Shown one piece after another: positions 29,615-43,178 of a DNA stretch of 64,000 nt; within the stretch, counting starts at the first letter, position 1; every line of letters starts with the position of its first letter. The notes beneath the pieces are model-generated. The model worked only from the letters and a program-made list of their open reading frames with translations. It had not been told where the DNA came from and made no database searches. The DNA comes from Octopus vulgaris (Eukaryota), in NCBI GenBank assembly GCA_951406725.2, contig OX597829.1, positions 58,590,001-58,654,000 on the forward strand, written 5' to 3'. The position numbers were made by a program, and so were the translations under genes.

Positions 29615-30258
29615 GTACATTCATACATACATACATACATACATACACACATACATACATGCATTCATACACACATACATACATACATATATACATACGA
29701 CGTATATACATATATACATACATACATTCAAACTTATATACATACATATACACATACATACATACATACATACATCGATACATAGATATATACATACATA
29801 CACACATACATACATGCATACATAGATACATAGATATATACATACATACATACACACATACATACATACATACATACATACATACACACATACATACATA
29901 CATACATACATGCATACATACATATACACATACATACATACATACATACACACATACATACATACATACATACATGCATACATACATACACATACATACA
30001 TACATACATCGATACATAGATATATACATACATACACACATACATACATGCATACATAGATATATACATACATACATACACACATACATACATACATACA
30101 TACATACATACCTACATACATACATACATGTATGTATGTATGTATATATATACACATACACACACACATATATATATATATGTGTGTGTGTGTATGTATA
30201 TACATATATGTATATGTGTGTGTGTGGATATATGCACACACACACATACACACACTCA
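29515..30258. repeat. (ATAC)n compound microsatellite
   Basis: Direct reading. Confidence 0.95.
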
Positions 30259-30414
30259 ATACAGTACAATGGTTTAAGAGTTCAGGTAGCTGTACACAGC
30301 ATCTATTCCAACCCAGAAACGCCCACCACTACCCACTCTTTCGCTTTCTCTCCCACTTTCTCTACATCCCCCTCTCTTTCCCATTCAAGGTAGGTCCCTA
30401 GGGTTTAGCTATCT

Positions 30415-30616
30415 CTCTCTTTTACTCTCTTTTACTTGTTTCAGTCATTTGACTGCGGCCATGCTGGAGCAGCGCCTTTTTAGTCGAGCAAATCGACCCC
30501 GGGAATTATTCTTTTGTAAGCCCAGTACTTATTCTATCGGCTCTTTTTGCCGAACCGCCAAGTGACGGGGACGTAAACACACCAGCATCGGTTATCAAGC
30601 AATGCTAGGGGGACAA

Positions 30617-30651
<35 letters not shown>

Positions 30652-31116
30652 CAGCAGCCGCTGAAGCAACACGTATTTGTTCGTCTCCCTGCGGCCATTC
30701 GGCACAACTTCATAAGCCAGCCCCATACTCAACTCGTCCTGTCGAAAGACCCTTGTCCTACGTCCTGGTTTTGTTTTGTTGTTTATTTTTTATTTTTACC
30801 GTTATTGTTTTTACGTTTTTGTATTCTTATTGGTGTCACGTATTCTGTATTTTTGTTCGTGTACTTCGTTCGTTTTCCGTCCTCGTGTTGTATACATTCG
30901 AAGCTTTCTTCCAGGGGATCTAATGCGCTTGGCTTAGATTTCCCTTGGCAGGCTGCCCATATCGGAGCAATCTCAAGATTAATCAGCCGAAATTGCTAAG
31001 ATGATCTGGTTCTTGACTGATGACTGAGGGCTTCGAATGTCCCGTCCTGTGGTTCTTGTGTCGTCTCTGTGGTGTTTCATGTTCTTGTCCATGTCTGTAA
31101 TTATTTTCACTGTTTA

Positions 31117-31151
<35 letters not shown>

Positions 31152-32080
31152 GACAGGCTTCTTTCAGTTTCCGTCTACCAAATCCACTCACAAGGCTATA
31201 TATATATATATATATATATATATACTCTTTTACTTGTTTCAGTCATTTGACTGCGGCCATACTGGAGCACCGCCCTTTTAGTCGAGCAAATCGACCCCGG
31301 GAATTATTCTTTTTGTAAGCCCAGTACTAATTCTATCGGCTCTTTTTGCCGAACCGCTAGGTGACGGGGACGTAAACACACCAGCATCGGTTGTCTGTCT
31401 GTGTGTCTGTCAGGTTGTACCCTCACCCTGACCACGGCTTTCAACCGATTCTGATGAAACTTGACACACACATAGCCCAATGTCATAATTCAAAACTAAC
31501 GCAGCGAAATTTTTGAAAAGTTCCCCCAGTTCTGAAAAACATCGATAAATTCGACATGGGGGTCGAGAATCTAAGCTTATCATATGCAACACATTTTCTG
31601 TCTATTTTTGCTATTTTTTGGCTCTAACTCTCTAAAAATGCTTATATAGTTATTTCCCTTACAAACCCGAGCAACGCCGGGTGATACTGCTAGTATGATA
31701 TAAAGTAATATATAAAAATATATAGGTATATATATAGGCGCAGGAGTGGCTGTGTGGTAAGTAGCTTGCTAACCAACCACATGGTTCCGGGTTCAGTCCC
31801 ACTGCGTGACACCTTGGGCAAGTGTCTTCTGCTATAGCCTCGGGCCGACCAAAGCCTTGTGAGTGGATTTGGTAGACGGAAACTGAAAGAATCCCGTCGT
31901 ATGTATATATATATATAGGTGTAGGAGTGGCTGTGTGGTAAGTAGCTTGCTTACCAACCACATGGTTTCGGGTTCAGTCCCACTGCGTGGCACCTTGGGC
32001 GAGTGTCTTCTACTATAGCCTCGGGCTGACCAAAGCCTTGTGGATGGATTTGGTAGACGGAAACTGAAAGAAGCCCAACG
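30415..32080. mobile_element. SINE A fragments (minus 30415-30650 and 31145-31395, plus 31736-32078)
   Basis: Family A head and tail motifs. Confidence 0.75.
31395..31693 (+). mobile_element. Non-autonomous Helitron
   Basis: Same family as 1-382; ends in hairpin plus CTAG|T. Confidence 0.7.
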
Positions 32081-33380
32081 TGTTCTTTTTTTAGACAGTA
32101 GGTATAATTTGAGAAAATAAGGAAACCATGTCCCTTTTTTTAGACAGTAGATATGATTTTAGAAAATAAGGGATCCAGGGTCCTTTTTTTAGACAGTAGA
32201 TATGATTTTAGAAAATAAGGGATCCATGGTCCTTTTTTAAGACAGTAGATATGATTTGAGAAAATACCGGGTCCAGGGTCCTTTTTTAGACAGTAGATAT
32301 GATTTTAGAAAATAGGGGTCCAGGGTCCTTTTTTTTAGACAGTAGATATGATTTTAGAAAATAAGGGTTTCAGGGTCCTTTATTAAGACAGTAGGTATGA
32401 TTTTAGAAAATAAGGAATCCATGGCCCTTTTTTAAGACAGTAGGCATGATTTGAGAAAATAAGGATTCCATGGTCCTTTTTTAAGACAGTAGGTATGATT
32501 TTAGAAAATAAGGAATCCATGGCCCTTTCTTTAGACAGTAGGTATGATTTGAGAAAATAAGGGATCCATGGCCCTTTTTTAAGACTGTAGATATGATTTG
32601 AGAAAATAAGGGATCCAGGATCCTTTTTTTAGACAGTAGATATGATTTTAGAAAATAAGGGTCCATGGCCCTTTTTTAAGACAGTAGGTATGATTTTAGA
32701 AAATAAGGAATCCAGGGCCCTTTTTTAAGACAGTAGATATGATTTGAGAAAATAAGGGATCCATGGCCCTTTTTTAAGACTGTAGGTATGATTTGAGAAA
32801 ATAAGAAACTCAGGGCCCTTTTATAAGACTGTAGGTATGATTTGACAAAATAAGGAATCCATGGCCCTTTTTTAAGACTAGGTATGATTTTAGAAAATAA
32901 GGAATCCAGGGCCCTTTTTTAAGACTGTAGGTATGATTTTAGAAAATAAGGAATCCAGGGCCCTTTTTTAAGACTGTAGGTATTATTTGAGAATATAAGG
33001 AATCCATGGCCCTTTTTTAAGACTGTAGGTATGATTTGACAAAATAAGGAATCCATGGCCCTTTTTTAGACAGCAGGTATGATTTGGGAAAATAAGGAAT
33101 CCAGGGCCCTTTTTTAAGACTGTAGGTATGATTTGACAAAATAAGAAATTTATGGCCCTTTTTTTAATACTGTAGGTATGATTTGACAAAATAAGGAATT
33201 CATGGCCCTTTTTTAAAGACTGTAGGTATGATTTGACAAAATAAGAAATCCAGGGCCCTTTTTTAAGACTGTAGGTATGATTTGAGAATATAAGGAATTT
33301 AGAGTTCTGTTTTAAGTCAGTAGGTTTGATTTGAAGGAATCCTTGTTCTTATTTAAGACAGTAGGTATGATTTGAGAAAG
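32080..33380. repeat. ~49-bp minisatellite, about 26 copies
   Basis: Unit cccttttttaagacagtaggtatgatttgagaaaataaggaatccatgg. Confidence 0.92.
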
Positions 33381-33679
33381 GAAAGAATCGAGGGTAGATG
33401 GATGCCCTAGATAAGGTATTGAAGCATGACCTTCGAAATTTGGGTCTCGCGGAGAGGGTCACAGGAGACTGATATATTTAGTGATGTGCTAGGACTGAGA
33501 AGACCCAACAAATAAATTGAGTTCACAGCTGTAACTTACACCAGCCCCACATATCCAGCCCTTTCAAATTTACCTTGGATCGTGGGGCAACTTGCTGTGA
33601 AGAGGAAACCTGTTGTTCAAGTACGTCAAAATCACAATCAAATAATAATCAAATGGAAATTGTCGTTGCGAGCCCCGTG

Positions 33680-34745
33680 TGGGAGGCACGTAAAAGGCAC
33701 CAACCAATCGTGGTTTATGCCAGACCCCTCTAGCCCCTAAATTGGTGGCACGTAAAAAGCACCAACCAATTGTGGTTGATGCTAGACCACTCTGGCCCCT
33801 AAATTGGTGGCACATAATAAGCACCAACAAAACGTGGTTGATGTCAGAAGCCTCTGGCCCCTAAATTGGTGGCACATAAAAAGCACCAACAAATCCCTCT
33901 CGCCCCTAAATTGGTGGCACATAAAAAGCACCAACCGATCATGGTTGATACCAGATCCCTCTGTCCCCTAAATTGGTGGCACATAAAAAGCACCAACCGA
34001 TCCCTCTGGTCCCTAAATTGGTGGCACATAAAAAGCACCAACAAATCCCTCTGGTCCCTAAATTGGTGGCACATAAAAAGCACCAACAGATCTCCCTGGT
34101 CCCTAAATTTGTGGCACATAAAAAGCACCAACAGATCCCTCTGGTCCCTAAATTGGTGGCACATAAAAAGCACCAACAGATCCCTCTGGTCCCTAAATTG
34201 GTGGCACATAAAAAGCACCAACAGAACCCTCTGGTCCCTAAATTGGTGGCACATAAAAAGCACCAACCGATCATGGTTGATACCAGATCCCTCTGTCCCC
34301 TAAATTGGTGGCACATAAAAAGCACCAACACATCCCTCTGGTCCCTAAATTGGTGGCACATAATAAGCACCAACAGATCCCTCTGGTCCCTAAATTGGTG
34401 GCACTTAAAAAGCACTAACAGAACCCTCTGGTCCCTAAATTGGTGGCACATAAAAAGCACCAACCGATCATGGTTGACGCCAGATCACTCTAGCCCCTAA
34501 ATTGGTGGCACATAAAATACACCAACCGATCATGGTTGATGCCAGATCCCTCCGGCACCTAAATTGGTGGCACATAAAAAGCACCAACCGAACATGGTTG
34601 ACGCCAGATCTCTCTCGCCCCTAAATTGGTGGAACATAAAAAGCACCAACCGATCATGGTTGATGCCAGACCGCTCTGGCCCCTAAATTGGTGGCACTTA
34701 AAAAGCACCAACCGATTATGGTTGATACCAGATCCCTCTGGCACT
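33680..34745. repeat. 45/64-bp minisatellite
   Basis: Unit ccctaaattggtggcacataaaaagcaccaacagatccctctggt, with a longer variant containing cgatcatggttgat. Confidence 0.92.
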
Positions 34746-34864
34746 TGGACATTATATTTGCAGTAATATTTGCAGCTTTAAATAAAATGTTTATAGTATG
34801 AAACAATTGTACTAAACTACTGATCCATTCTTGTTGCTTATTTCTCGGTTATATATATTTATAT

Positions 34865-35063
34865 ATACTCTTTGACTCTTTTACTTGTTTCAGTCATTTG
34901 ACTGCGGCCATGCAGGAGCACCGCCTCTAGTCGAGCAAATCGACCTCGGGGCTTATTCTTTGTAAGCCCAGTACTGATTCTATCGGTCTCTTTTTGCCAA
35001 ACCGCTAAGTGACGGGGACGTAAACACACCAGCATCGGTTGTCAAGCAATGCTAGCGGGACAA

Positions 35064-35094
<31 letters not shown>

Positions 35095-35148
35095 CATATA
35101 TACGACAGGCTTCTTTCAGTTTCCGTCTGCCAAATCAACTCACAAGGC

Positions 35149-35201
<53 letters not shown>

Positions 35202-36115
35202 TCTTTTACTTGTTTCAGTCATTTGAGTGTGGCCATGCTGGAGCACCGCCTTTAGTCGAGCAAATCGACCCCAGTACTTATTCTATCGGTCTCTTTGCCG
35301 AACCGCTAAGTGACAGGAACGTAAACACACCAGCATCGTTTGTCAAGCAATGCTAGGGGGACAAACACAGACACACAAACATACACACACATACATATAT
35401 ATATATATACATATATACGACGGGCTTCTTTCAGTTTCCGTCTACCAAATCCACTCAAGGCATTGGTCGGCCCGGGGCTATAGCAGAAGACACTTGCCCA
35501 AGGTGCCACGCAGTGGGACTGAACCCGGAACCATGTGGTTGGTAAGCAAGCTACTTACCATACAGCCACTCCTACACCTATATATATATATATATACGAC
35601 GGGCTTCTTTCAGTTTCCATCTACCAAATCCACTCACAAGGCATTGGTCGGCCCGGGGCTATAGCAGAAGACACTTGCCCAAGATGCCACGCAGTGGGAC
35701 TGAACCCGGAACCATGTGGTTGGTAAGCAAGCTACTTACCACACAGCCACTTCTACACCTATATATATATACATATATACGACGGGCTTCTTTCAGTTTC
35801 CGTCTACCAAATCCACTCACAAGGCATTGGTCGGTCTGGGGCTATAGCAGAAGACACTTGCCCAAGATGCCACGCAGTGGGACTGAACCCGGAACCATGT
35901 GGTTGGTAAGCAAGCCTACTTACCACACAGCCACTTCTACACCTATATATATATACATATATACGACGGGCTTCTTTCAGTTTCCGTCTACCAAATCCAC
36001 TCACAAGGCATTGGTCGGTCTGGGGCTATAGCAGAAGACACTTGCCCAAAGGTGTCCTGCAGTGGGACTGAACCCGGAACCATGTGGTTGGTAAGCAAGC
36101 TACTTACCACACAGC
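34865..36115 (-). mobile_element. SINE A cluster (two tails, four tandem heads)
   Basis: Family A motifs. Confidence 0.85.
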
Positions 36116-36207
36116 ATAACATGATAACAAAAGAAAGAAAGAGACTTCAAATTAAAGTTACAATTACTCAATAGTCAAGATTCATAGCGTTTTTTTCGGA
36201 TGGCCAC

Positions 36208-36992
36208 AGTGTGTATGCAGCATTAACACACACATATATGTGTGTATGCAACATTCACACGCACACACACCACACACACGTGTACGCAACCTTCACACAC
36301 ACACACATACACACACACACACGTGTGTATGCAACCTTCAAACATACACACACCACACACACGTGTGTATGCAGCATTCACACACGCACACACACACACA
36401 CACACACGTGTGTATGCAACCTTCAAACATACACACACCACACACACGTGTAAGCGACATTCACACAGGCACACACACCACACACACGTGTGTACGCAAC
36501 CTTCACACACACACACACCACACACACGTGTGTATGCAACCTTCACACATACACACACACATACACGTGTGTATGCAGCATTCACACACGCACACACACG
36601 TGTGTATGCAACCTTCAAACATACACACACCACACACACGTGTACGCAAACTTCATACGCACACAGTGTGTACGCAGCTTTCACACACACACATGTGTAC
36701 GCAACCTTCACACATATACATACACACACCACAAACACACACACACCGCACGCACACACACACACACACATACGTGTACGCATCCTTCACACACACATAC
36801 GCACACACCACACACACGTGTACGCAACCTTCACACACACACACACACACACCACAAACACACACACACCGCACACACACACACGTGTACACAACATTCA
36901 CACACACACACCACACACACACACGTGTACGCAACATTCACACACACACACACACATGCTCACACCAGTTTATATATCTACACCCCTCCCTC

Positions 36993-37050
<58 letters not shown>

Positions 37051-38090
37051 AACACACACACGTGTACGCAACCTTCACAAACACACACGCACCGCACACA
37101 CACACACACCACACACACGTGTGTACGCAATCTTCAAACACACACACATGTGTACACAACCTTCACACATACACACACCACACACACACGTGCACATAAC
37201 CTTCGCACACACACACTCACCAGTTTATATACCTACACACCTCCCTCCGCACACACACCACACACACATACAAACACACACACACACGTGTACGCAACCT
37301 TCACACATACAAACACACACACGTGTGTACGCAACATTCACACACACACACACACCAGTTTATATACCTACACCCCTCCCTCCGCACCCACACACACGTG
37401 TACACAACCTTCACAAACACACGCACCACAAACACAAACAGACCGCACACACACACACGTGTACACAACCTTCACACACACACACAAACACCTCACACAC
37501 GTGTACGCAACCTTCACACACACACACACACCAGTTTATATACCTACATCCCTCCCTCCGCACACACCACACACCGCACACACACCACAAGCACACACGT
37601 TTGTACGCAACCTTCACACACACACCACACACACTGTATATGCAGCTTTCACACACACCGCACACACACACACACACGTGTACGCCACCTTCACACACAC
37701 ACATGTGTACGCCACCTTCACACATACACACACACACACCCACACACGCGTACACACCGTACACAACACACACACACACACACAAACACACCGCACACAC
37801 ACATGTGTACGCAACCTTCACACATACAAACACACACACACACACACACCGCACACACACACACGTGTACACAACCTTCACAAACACCCACACACCCACA
37901 CACACACACACCGCACACACACACACACGTGTACGCAACCTTCACACTTACAAACAAACACACCGCACACACACACACGTGTACACAACCTTCACACACA
38001 CACACACACACGTGTACACAACCTTCACACACACACACACACATGTGTACACAACCTTCACACACACATACAAACACACACACACACACG
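36208..38090. repeat. Complex CA-rich minisatellite
   Basis: (CA)n punctuated by acacgtgtacgcaaccttc and four ccagtttatatacctacacccctccctccgc units. Confidence 0.9.
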
Positions 38091-38371
38091 GCCGAACGCA
38101 CATCAACACATCCACAAGCCACACAGCCGCTCACAAACACGTAACTATGCGCAGGCGAAAGGATGTTGTTCCCATGACAACAGCTAATCTCCTTAATTAG
38201 ATGGAAAACGTGTGAGCAGATGAGTCATCGCCTGTGATGAGGATATTTAGAAAGTTATTATCACCATGGTGATGGTGATGGTGGGAGAGATGTTGACAGA
38301 TGCCTGCTTCTCCTATCAATAAAATCCCACAGTGTGACCTGCCGAAAACTAAGGTCACGTCAGGTCACTTC

Positions 38372-39729
38372 GTAGGAGTGGCTGTGTGGTAAGTAGCTTG
38401 TTTACCAACCACATGGTTCCGGGTTCAGTCCCACTGCGTGGCACCTTGGGCAAGTGTCTTCTGCTAGAGCCCCGGGCCGACCAAAGCCTTGTGAGTGGAT
38501 TTCGTAGACGGAAACCGAAAGAAGCCCGTCGTATATATATAGGCGTTGGAGTGGCTGTGTGGTAAATACCTTGTTTACCAACCACATGGATCCGGGTTCA
38601 GTCCCACTGCGTGGCAACTTGGGCAAGTGTCTTCTGCTAGAGCCCCGGGCCAACCAAAGCCTTGTGAGTGGATTTGGTAGACGGAAACCGAAAGAAGCCC
38701 GTCGTATACATGTGTATAGGTGTAGGAGTGGCTGTGTGGTAGGTAGCTTGTTTACCAACCACATGGTTCCGGGTTCAGTCTCACTACGTGGCACCTTGGG
38801 CAAGTGTCTTCTGCTTGAGCCCCGGACCGACCAAAGCCTTGTGAGTGGATTTGGTAGACGGAAACTGAAAGAAGCCCGTCGTATATATGTATATATATAT
38901 GTTTGTGTGTCTGTGTTTGTCCCCTAGCATTGCTTGACAACCGATGCTGGTGTGTTTACGTCCCCGTCACTTAGCAGTTCGGCAAAAGAGACCGATAGAA
39001 TAAGTACTGGGCTTACAGAAGAATAAGTCCTGGGGACGATTTGCTCGACTAAAGGCGGTGCTCCAGCATGGCCGCAGTGAAATGACTGAAACAAGTAAAA
39101 GAGAAAAGAGTAAAGAGTATGGTGATGGAGATGGTGGAAGAGATGTTGACAGATGCCTGCTTCTCCAATCAATAAAATCCCACAGTGTGACCTGCCGAAA
39201 ACTAAGGTCACGTCAGGTCACTTCGTTGTAAATGTAATTTAAAACACAGAAATCTACCAAGGGAGATAATGAAAGTGGGCCAACGACATGAATTTAGATC
39301 AGTAATACTCTTTTACTCTTTTACTGGTTTCGGTTCATTTGACTGCGGTCGTGCTGGAGCACCGCATTTAAGTGAGCATCTCGACCCCGGGACTCATCAA
39401 ATCCACTCACAAGGCATTGGTCGGCTCGAGGCTATAGTAGAAGACACTTGCCCAAGGTGCCACGCAGTGGGACTGAACCCGGAACCATGTGGTTGGTAAA
39501 CAAGCTACTTACCACACAGCCACTCCTACGCCTATATACATATACATATATATATATATACATATATACGACAGGCTTCTTTCGGTTTCCGTCTACCAAA
39601 TCCACTCACAAGGCTTTGGTCGGCCCGGGGCTATAGCAGAAGACACTTGCCCAAGATGCCACGCAGTGGGACTGAACCCGGAACCATGTGGTTGGTTAGC
39701 AAGCTACTTACCACACAGCCACTCCTACA

Positions 39730-39806
<77 letters not shown>

Positions 39807-40798
39807 GACAGGCTTCTTTCAGTTTCCGTCTACCAAATCCACTCACAAGGCTTTGGTCGGCCCGGGGCTATAGCAGAAGACACTTGCCCAAGATGCCACG
39901 CAGTGGGACTGAACCCGGAACCATGTGGTTGGTTAGCAAGCTACTTACCACACAGCCACTACTGCGCGTATTCTCTTCAGATATATTTAAAAAAAAGCAA
40001 AACAATAGAGTTTTGTTTGAAAGGATTAAAAAGAAAAGGGACACAAACGCACAAAATACAACAAAAAAAGCTAGATGAAGCGACCGTATTTGTCAGAAAT
40101 GTAAATGTCAACTCGACATAAAAGAATATTTGACAATGAAAAAACTCGACGAGGACGGCGAGGATGGCGGTTATGGCATTAATAACAGCGATGGGTGGCG
40201 CAATGGCGTAGTGGCGCAGTGGTTAGGGCAGCGGTCTCGCGGTCGGAGGATCGCGGTTTCGATTCCCAGACCGGGCGTTGTGAGTGTTTATTGAGCGAAA
40301 ACACCTAAAGCTCCACGAGGCTCCGGCACGGGGTGGTGGCGATCCCTGCTGTACTCTTTCGCCCCAACTTTCAAAGGGCATTGTGACCAGCGATGTGTAA
40401 CATCTGATGGGGCTGGTTAGCAAGCTACTTACCACACAGCCACTCCTGCACCTATATACATATATACGACGGGCTTCTACCAAATAAACTCACAAGGCTT
40501 TGGTCGGCCCGGGGCTACAGCAGAAGACACTTGCCCAAGGTGCCACGCAGTGGGACTGAACCCGGAACCATGTGGTTGGTTAGCAAGCTACTTACCACAC
40601 AGCCACCCCTACGCCTATATATATATATACATATACATATATACGATGGGCTTCTTTCAGTTTCCGTCTACCAAATCCACTCACAAGGCTTTGGTCGGCC
40701 CGGGGCTATAGTAGAAGACACTTGCCCAAGGTGCCACGCAGTGGGACTGAACCCGGAACCACGTGGCTGGTAAACAAGCTACTTACCACACAGCCACT
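38372..40798. mobile_element. SINE A arrays: plus 38372-39118, minus 39305-39968 and 40415-40798; SINE B plus 40195-40410
   Basis: Family A and B motifs. Confidence 0.85.
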
Positions 40799-41560
40799 GA
40801 ATGACCTTTGACCTGAGACTATTTAAATGGTTTTAGAAAGTTCAAAGGTCACGCTGGACTTTCTAAGCTTTCAATTCTTCATGACCTTTGACCTGAGACT
40901 ATTTAAATGGTTTTAGAAAGTTCAAAGGTCAGGCTTGACTCTGTACGGTTTTAATTCCTGAATGACCTTTGACCTCGAAACTGCAGTCCGTGAGAATCAC
41001 TTAGGTTTACGAGAGAGGGATGACCTCCCTTTGCAAATACCTTAATGGCATAGAAAGTGTGCCTAAAGCCGGCTGGAGAAGATGATCTCCATGGGCTAAA
41101 AAGATACAGTATCACCCACCCTTTGTGGTTAGCCATATTGAGATGGCTATTATACTTTACATTATCGAGCGATTGCTGTTTACACCTCGTTCTGAGATTT
41201 AATAATGCTTGCAGACAGTTTTTCGAAACCAGTGACGGAAGTTACTGGAAAAACGATATAAAGATTTGCATTGGGACCCCCTTCATCGGCAATCGGTGAT
41301 TGCCGTACGCCGAAGACAGGCAAATACCTAGAAACTGCCTTCCGTGCGTATCACTTAGGTTGACGAGAGAGGGATGACCTTCCTTTGCGAATACCTTAAG
41401 GGCACAGATAGTGTGTCTAAAGCCAGCTGGAGTCGATGATCTCCTGGGGCTAAAAGGCTACAGTAACACCCACCCTTAGTGGTTAGCCATATTGAGATGG
41501 CTAGTGTACTTTACATTGTCGAGCGGTTACTGTTTACATCTCGTTCTGAGATTTAATAAT
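40798..41560. repeat. Two 80-bp units plus two ~355-bp-spaced copies of a Helitron-associated module
   Basis: tgacctttgacct units; module tcacttaggtt.acgagagagggatgacct..gtggttagccatattgagatggcta, also at 52325-52495 and partly at 45560-45630. Confidence 0.7.
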
Positions 41561-41734
41561 GGTATTATTTTATTGTTTAATTGGGACTTTATTTTACTGA
41601 CCCCGAAAGGGTGAAAAGCTGAGTTTGACCTCGGCGGGATTTGAACTCACAAATAGCGATAGCAAAATACCACAAAGCATGTTTTTCCGACGCTCTAACG
41701 ATTCTGCTTAAGATGACTGCTGCGAGCCGCGATA

Positions 41735-42179
41735 CCAGTGCCGGTGACACGTAAGCGTACCATCCGATAGTGACCGTTGCCAGCGCCGCCCTGACTGGCT
41801 TCCGTGCCGGTGGCACGTAAAAAGCACTATCCGATCGTGGCCGTTGCCGCCTAGACTGGTCCCCGTGCTGGTGGGACGTAAAAAGCACCATCCGATACTG
41901 GCCGTTGCCAGCGCCGCCCCAACTGGCCCCCGTGCCGGTGGCACGTAAAAAGCACCATCCGTCCGTGGCCGTTTACCAGCCCCATCTGGCACCTGTGCGG
42001 GTGGCACGTAAAAAGCACCCACTACACTCACGGAGTGGTTGGCGTTAGGAAGGGCATCCAGCCGTAGAAACACTGCCAGATGAGACTGGGTCTGGTGCAG
42101 CCTTCTGGTTTCCCAGACCCCAGTTGAACCGTCCAACCCATGCTAGCATGGAAAGCGGACGCTAAACGATGATATGATG

Positions 42180-42239
<60 letters not shown>

Positions 42240-42402
42240 GCATCCACTACACTCACGGAGTGGTTGGCGTTAGGAAGGGCATCCAGCTGTAGAAACACTG
42301 CCAGATCAGACTGGGTCTGGTGCAGCCTTCTGGCTTCCCAGACCCCAGTTGAACCGTCCAACCCATGCTAGCATGGAAAGCGGACGCTAAACGATGATAT
42401 GA

Positions 42403-42437
<35 letters not shown>

Positions 42438-42600
42438 GCATCCACTACACTCACGGAGTGGTTGGCGTTAGGAAGGGCATCCAGCCGTAGAAACACTGCC
42501 AGATCAGACTGGGTCTGGTGCAGCCTTCTGGCTTCCCAGACCCCAGTTGAACCGTCCAACCCATGCTAGCGCGGAGAACGGACGCTAAATGATGATGATG
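41735..42600 (+). mobile_element. SINE family D (V-domain-like) with ~60-bp internal repeats and a triplicated 3' part
   Basis: gccggtggcacgtaaaaagcacc repeats; ggcgttaggaagggcatccagc.gtagaaa three times; (gat)n tail. Another fragment lies at 27253-27398. Confidence 0.65.
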
Positions 42601-43178
42601 ACGATGATGAAGGGGAGAAGTGGGTGGAAGTATATATGGCAGGGGATGATAGTTATTCGTATGCTAGCCACAAAGACGCTCTGATGAGTGATAACGCAAA
42701 TATATGCCGAAGCACGAACACACACAGATCTATGTTTGTTTATATACAAAGTAAAATATAAACGTTATTTTAACAATGAATCATCGAAAAGTATTGATAA
42801 TAGTAAGCGAATATGAACGGCAATTAACGAGATATTAAAATTAATCCTTTATAAAACGCATATGAAAAACATGAGGGCCTTGTTTGAATAATTACAAATG
42901 AAATGTTTAAATGCGAAACATAAATATATAATAAACCATTCTATATTCATTCTACGCAAGTGTGATTATAGACAATGATTGCTTGACATTTTCGAATTAT
43001 ATCAGTCGAATGATATTTATAAATTGGCCAGTTATACGCAGATTATGGGTTTCTGCCCGTCACTGCAAACCTATTAAACATTCGACAGTAAACAGAACTC
43101 CTATGGTGAACCGAGACCTAATTTCTGAATGATGAAGTAAAAATGGTAAGGTTACATCGTGGTCAAATACAAAATTAA

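Noticed and set aside
30655-31120. Possible Penelope-like pLTR with ctgatga..cgaatgtc at ~31017-31052
   Set aside because: No GAAA or pairable helices II and III; at best a degenerate relic.
42681-42732. ctgatgagtg..cacgaac hammerhead-like core
   Set aside because: GAAC instead of GAAA, and no helix I or III.
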